Part shown: positions 28,851 to 32,000 of the stretch, piece by piece
Layout of the letters: each line of letters starts with the position of its first letter
How positions within the stretch are numbered: position 1 is the stretch's first letter
Source of the DNA: Haloquadratum walsbyi C23
Lineage (GTDB): Archaea > Halobacteriota > Halobacteria > Halobacteriales > Haloferacaceae
NCBI RefSeq assembly: GCF_000237865.1
Contig: NC_017459.1
Coordinates: 2,640,001-2,672,000, forward strand
Length of the DNA: 32,000 bases
Direction of reading: 5' to 3'
Program-made: the position numbers and the translations under genes
Notes under the pieces: generated by a model
The model's input: only the letters and a program-made list of their open reading frames with translations
The model's database searches: none
Told to the model about the DNA's origin: nothing

Positions 28851-30029
28851 ATGAAGCTTGCAATGATCGGCTTCGGACAGGCGGGTGGAAAAATCGTTGA
28901 TAAATTCGTCGAGTATGATCAGCGTCATGGGTCAGACATTGTCCGCTCAGCCGTTGCTGTTAATACAGCAGAGGCCGATCTCATGGGACTTAATCATATT
29001 CCATCATCGAAACAAATCCTTATCGGACAATTGAGTGTCAAAGGTCATGGCGTCGGAGCTGACCCAGATCTTGGTCGAGAAATCGCTGAGGAAAATATCG
29101 ATGAGATACAGAATGCGCTCAATGATGTTCCTGTACATGAGATTGATGCATTCTTGATTGTCGCTGGACTCGGCGGTGGAACCGGTAGTGGAGGCGCACC
29201 TGTGTTGGCAAATCGCCTCAAGCAGATTCATAGTGAGCCTGTCTATGGATTAGGTGTGCTTCCTGGAAGCGAAGAAGGCGGTATCTATACCCTTAATGCT
29301 GCACGATCGTTTCAGACGTTTGTCCGTGAAGTTGATAATCTTCTTGTATTCGATAATGACGCATGGCAGAAAACGGGAGAATCTGTTCAGAGAGGATATG
29401 AGGAAATTAATGAGGCTATCGCAACCCGCTTTGGGGTGCTTTTCGGTGCCGGTGAAGTAGGTGATGATAGCGAGGTCGCAGAAAGCGTTGTTGACTCTTC
29501 TGAGATTATAAATACACTCTCAAGTGGTGGTGTCTCAACCGTTGGATATGCATCTGAAAATGTTGAAAACTCTTCTAGTGGTGGATTACTCTCACGACTT
29601 ACAGGACAATCGACTGCTGATGATCTTGACACAGCAAGCACAACAAATCGAGTTACGTCGCTCGTTCGAAAAGCCGCTCTTGGTCGGTTAACACTGCCAG
29701 CCGAACTTGACGGCACCGAACGGGCACTTCTTGTCGTTGCTGGACCACCACAATATCTAAATCGAAAAGGGATCGAGCGTGGGCGAAAATGGGTTGAGGG
29801 ACAAACAGATAGTATGGAGGTCCGAGGCGGAGACTATCCGCTCATGGATTCAGGTAAAGTTGCGTCCGTGATTCTGCTTTCAGGTGTTTATAAGATTGAC
29901 CGAATTAATGAGCTTCAGCAAATTGCGAATGAAGCCAAAGAAAACATTGATTCGATTCGAAATGAAAGCGAGGAAAATCTTAATGAACTTGTCAATGACG
30001 ATGAAGATGAGCTTGAATCATTATTTTGA
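28851..30029 (+). CDS. cetZ: CetZ-family tubulin/FtsZ-like cytoskeletal protein (CetZ1-like)
   Basis: It starts MKLAMIGFGQAGGKIVDKF, has the tubulin signature GLGGGTGSGGAPV, and ends DDEDELESLF. As far as I recall, it closely resembles haloarchaeal CetZ1 along its whole length. Confidence 0.85.
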   Translation: MKLAMIGFGQAGGKIVDKFVEYDQRHGSDIVRSAVAVNTAEADLMGLNHIPSSKQILIGQLSVKGHGVGADPDLGREIAEENIDEIQNALNDVPVHEIDAFLIVAGLGGGTGSGGAPVLANRLKQIHSEPVYGLGVLPGSEEGGIYTLNAARSFQTFVREVDNLLVFDNDAWQKTGESVQRGYEEINEAIATRFGVLFGAGEVGDDSEVAESVVDSSEIINTLSSGGVSTVGYASENVENSSSGGLLSRLTGQSTADDLDTASTTNRVTSLVRKAALGRLTLPAELDGTERALLVVAGPPQYLNRKGIERGRKWVEGQTDSMEVRGGDYPLMDSGKVASVILLSGVYKIDRINELQQIANEAKENIDSIRNESEENLNELVNDDEDELESLF

Positions 30030-30040
30030 GGGACTCCCGC

Positions 30041-30838
30041 ATGTTGGATAGCCTCAGTAACTACAGTAAATACATTGCTACTGTGGTTGGTATTCTCTTT
30101 GTTGTATTCTGTGCTGTTACTGCAATCGTGACACCCACAAGTGCGGTTGCTGTCGACACAGCCGATATGGTACGCGATGAACGCGTTGGGACACAGCACA
30201 CAGTTTCTGTGACGCTTACAGATCTGTATGAAGAGCCACCACTCGAGTCATGGACACTCACAGGATCAACAGCGCTCGTCGATGTAACATGGACGATTAT
30301 CCAATATGACCAGACTGGTGCACAGATTGACCAGCAATCATATGATGGTCAGCGACTTACTGGGACGCGTATCGCAGCAGTAGATGGAACCAATCGAGTC
30401 AGTGTCAGAGTTGCTGGAACAATTCCTCGTATTGAGTCATTCTCATATGATCCAAAACAATCATTCCGAGTGGTTTCGCTGACACAAACACGAACCGGTG
30501 GATCATCAAGCGTTATTGACATTTGGACAGCAACACACAGCACAGAGCAGAGTGCATCAGCACGCGAAGAGCTTACTACAGCACGCGAAACCGTCTCAAC
30601 TGTCGATTCAGACCGAGCCAAACAAACAATCCAGAATGCAATTGATGCGTACAATGGTGGGGAGTTTGCACTTGCAACCCGACTCGCATCAGAAGCAGAG
30701 GAAGCGGCGAAACAAGCCCAACAATCGAATCAAATGTTTCAATACGTGCTATATGCTCTTTCTGGAATTGTCGTCATCGGGGGTGCGAGTGGGATTGTGT
30801 ATTGGCGTCGGCAACAACGGACAGAGGATAAATTATAA
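30041..30838 (+). CDS. bitopic envelope protein: N-terminal signal/anchor, beta-rich domain, helical segment, C-terminal TM plus basic tail
   Basis: The ATG at 30041 lies 11 nt after the cetZ stop, and an alternative TTG at 30026 overlaps that stop. The protein has an N-terminal hydrophobic segment (IATVVGILFVVFCAVTAIV). It has a C-terminal TM segment (VLYALSGIVVIGGASGIVYW) followed by RRQQR. Confidence 0.65.
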   Translation: MLDSLSNYSKYIATVVGILFVVFCAVTAIVTPTSAVAVDTADMVRDERVGTQHTVSVTLTDLYEEPPLESWTLTGSTALVDVTWTIIQYDQTGAQIDQQSYDGQRLTGTRIAAVDGTNRVSVRVAGTIPRIESFSYDPKQSFRVVSLTQTRTGGSSSVIDIWTATHSTEQSASAREELTTARETVSTVDSDRAKQTIQNAIDAYNGGEFALATRLASEAEEAAKQAQQSNQMFQYVLYALSGIVVIGGASGIVYWRRQQRTEDKL

Positions 30839-30938
30839 TAAATGATAATTATTGGAGATAACACTCGATGCAGTCAAGATAATTTAATTTTTGAGAACGA
30901 TACGGTATTTCCATCAGCATGAGTTGTAGTGAGTACTG

Positions 30939-31907
30939 ATGCACGTCATTGTTCCATATACAGATGTTTCACCGAAGACACGGCTTGACTCGATACTCAC
31001 AGCATCTGAACGAACTGCATTTGCACAGGCAATGCTGTATGATGTTATTTCCACACTACAGAGTAATGGGCATACTGTTGAGCTTCTTATACCGACAGAG
31101 ACGGTGATGCAAGCAAGAGAGCAACGAGATCAAGCAGATCAACGAGATCAAGAGACAATCATAGATTCGACCGGGGTGAGTACTGAAGCGGTATCAACAT
31201 CTACGTCGACTCATGCGGATACAACAGAACACAATGCTGCAAGTGATAATTACGTGTCACAGTCGCCGACACATACACTGAGTGTTACCCCTGAGGCTAT
31301 TATGAGAATTCTTAGAGACGATGATGATCCTGATAACGAGACGAGTACTCAAGAGAGAGATGGCGATAAGGAATATATTGATATTACAGTTGATACCGCG
31401 CAAAATCAAATACAATCCAATCAGATTGTTGTAACGGCTGATGATCGAGCGCTGACGCCTGCGGTCAATAGCTGTCTAAATCGGTTATCTGATACAGAGA
31501 CTCCATTCAGTGAACTTGCAGTGGTGATGGCTGATCTTGCGCTTATCACACCCACAGCAATCGAACGGCTATTCGCTCGAGAGGGAGATATTGTGCTTGC
31601 CCCTGGCCGTGGCGGGGGGACAAACGCGATTGTTGTCAGACATCCAGCGTTCAGGGTCGATTATCACGGCACATCATATCGAGACCACTACCAAGCAGCG
31701 ACTGACGCGTCTCTTTCAGTCGGTGTTGTTGATTCAATGCGCTTGGGAACTGATATCGATGAACCCACAGACCTTCCAGAAGTGCTACTTCACAACAATG
31801 GGATGTCTTCTGTATGGCTCCAATCAGCCGGGATTGAGCTCAATCTTGATGATAATACGGGACGTGTCGGTATCACACGTGAACGTAAGAATGAAGATGT
31901 TGATTGA
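30939..31907 (+). CDS. cofC: 2-phospho-L-lactate guanylyltransferase (CofC) with a roughly 108-aa low-complexity insertion
   Basis: The N-terminus is CofC-like (MHVIVPYTDVSPKTRL...AFAQAMLYDV). The C-terminal part reads VVMADLALITP, APGRGGGTNAIVVRHPAFRVDYHGTSYRDH and DIDEPTDL. A Ser/Thr/Asp/Gln-rich segment at about 31101-31424 interrupts them. Confidence 0.8.
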   Translation: MHVIVPYTDVSPKTRLDSILTASERTAFAQAMLYDVISTLQSNGHTVELLIPTETVMQAREQRDQADQRDQETIIDSTGVSTEAVSTSTSTHADTTEHNAASDNYVSQSPTHTLSVTPEAIMRILRDDDDPDNETSTQERDGDKEYIDITVDTAQNQIQSNQIVVTADDRALTPAVNSCLNRLSDTETPFSELAVVMADLALITPTAIERLFAREGDIVLAPGRGGGTNAIVVRHPAFRVDYHGTSYRDHYQAATDASLSVGVVDSMRLGTDIDEPTDLPEVLLHNNGMSSVWLQSAGIELNLDDNTGRVGITRERKNEDVD

Positions 31908-32000
31908 ACTGTATTCTTGATATTTCGTAGTCTTATTTTTGTTATCTGAACTCACAAAGGCATTAATTACCAGTCGCAAGGATGTCACCTGGGTAAACCG

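Noticed and set aside
31963-32000. A possible 3' end of a minus-strand gene (…VYPGDILATGN*) at the window edge.
   Set aside because: Only 12 codons are visible, which is too little to support a call.
1-32000. I scanned for CRISPR arrays, rRNA genes and additional tRNAs. I also reviewed the many 60-110-aa ORFs nested inside or antisense to the called genes (for example 5293..5667, 7243..7536, 12354..12848, 22655..23251, 23315..23734).
   Set aside because: There are no regularly spaced direct repeats and no rRNA-like sequence, and the only T-loop/acceptor structure is the one at 700-784. The nested ORFs overlap well-supported genes and have Arg/Ser/Cys-rich, non-halophilic composition.

Overview
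This looks like a chromosomal segment of a low-GC haloarchaeon. The proteins are strongly acidic, carry Ser/Thr/Asp-rich insertions, and GC is roughly 45-48% by eye. That is most consistent with a Haloquadratum-like member of the Halobacteria, but the organism call is inference.

Most of the window is housekeeping:
- F420/FO biosynthesis: cofG, cofH, cofC
- Purine biosynthesis: purC, purU, purS-purQ
- serS, tmk, trkA, tsr3 and a Nog1-type GTPase
- A CetZ1-like tubulin-family gene tightly coupled to a membrane-anchored protein
- A cytochrome P450 and a small ferredoxin
- One tRNA-Leu(UAA)

Gene decay and mobile-element debris are scattered among these:
- A GC-rich IS1341-type (IS200/IS605 family) element whose tnpB carries four in-frame stops, one frameshift and a 7-bp tandem duplication
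- A tnpB-less MITE-like derivative of the same element type
- A third, AT-decayed 3' remnant
- A possible IS630-like fragment
- A TIGR01210/RaSEA-like radical-SAM pseudogene
- A frameshifted secreted metalloprotease

I found no CRISPR array, no rRNA and no obvious complete defence or novel multi-gene system. The observations most worth a second look are:
- The conserved, covarying hairpin module at the tnpB 3' end, present in three copies. It is a candidate omega-RNA scaffold or right-end structure.
- An 80-nt near-perfect hairpin between tsr3 and the GTPase gene.
- The cetZ-membrane protein gene pair.
- The recurrent TGG->TGA nonsense pattern in pseudogenes.

All family assignments come from motif recognition by eye. 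No searches were run.
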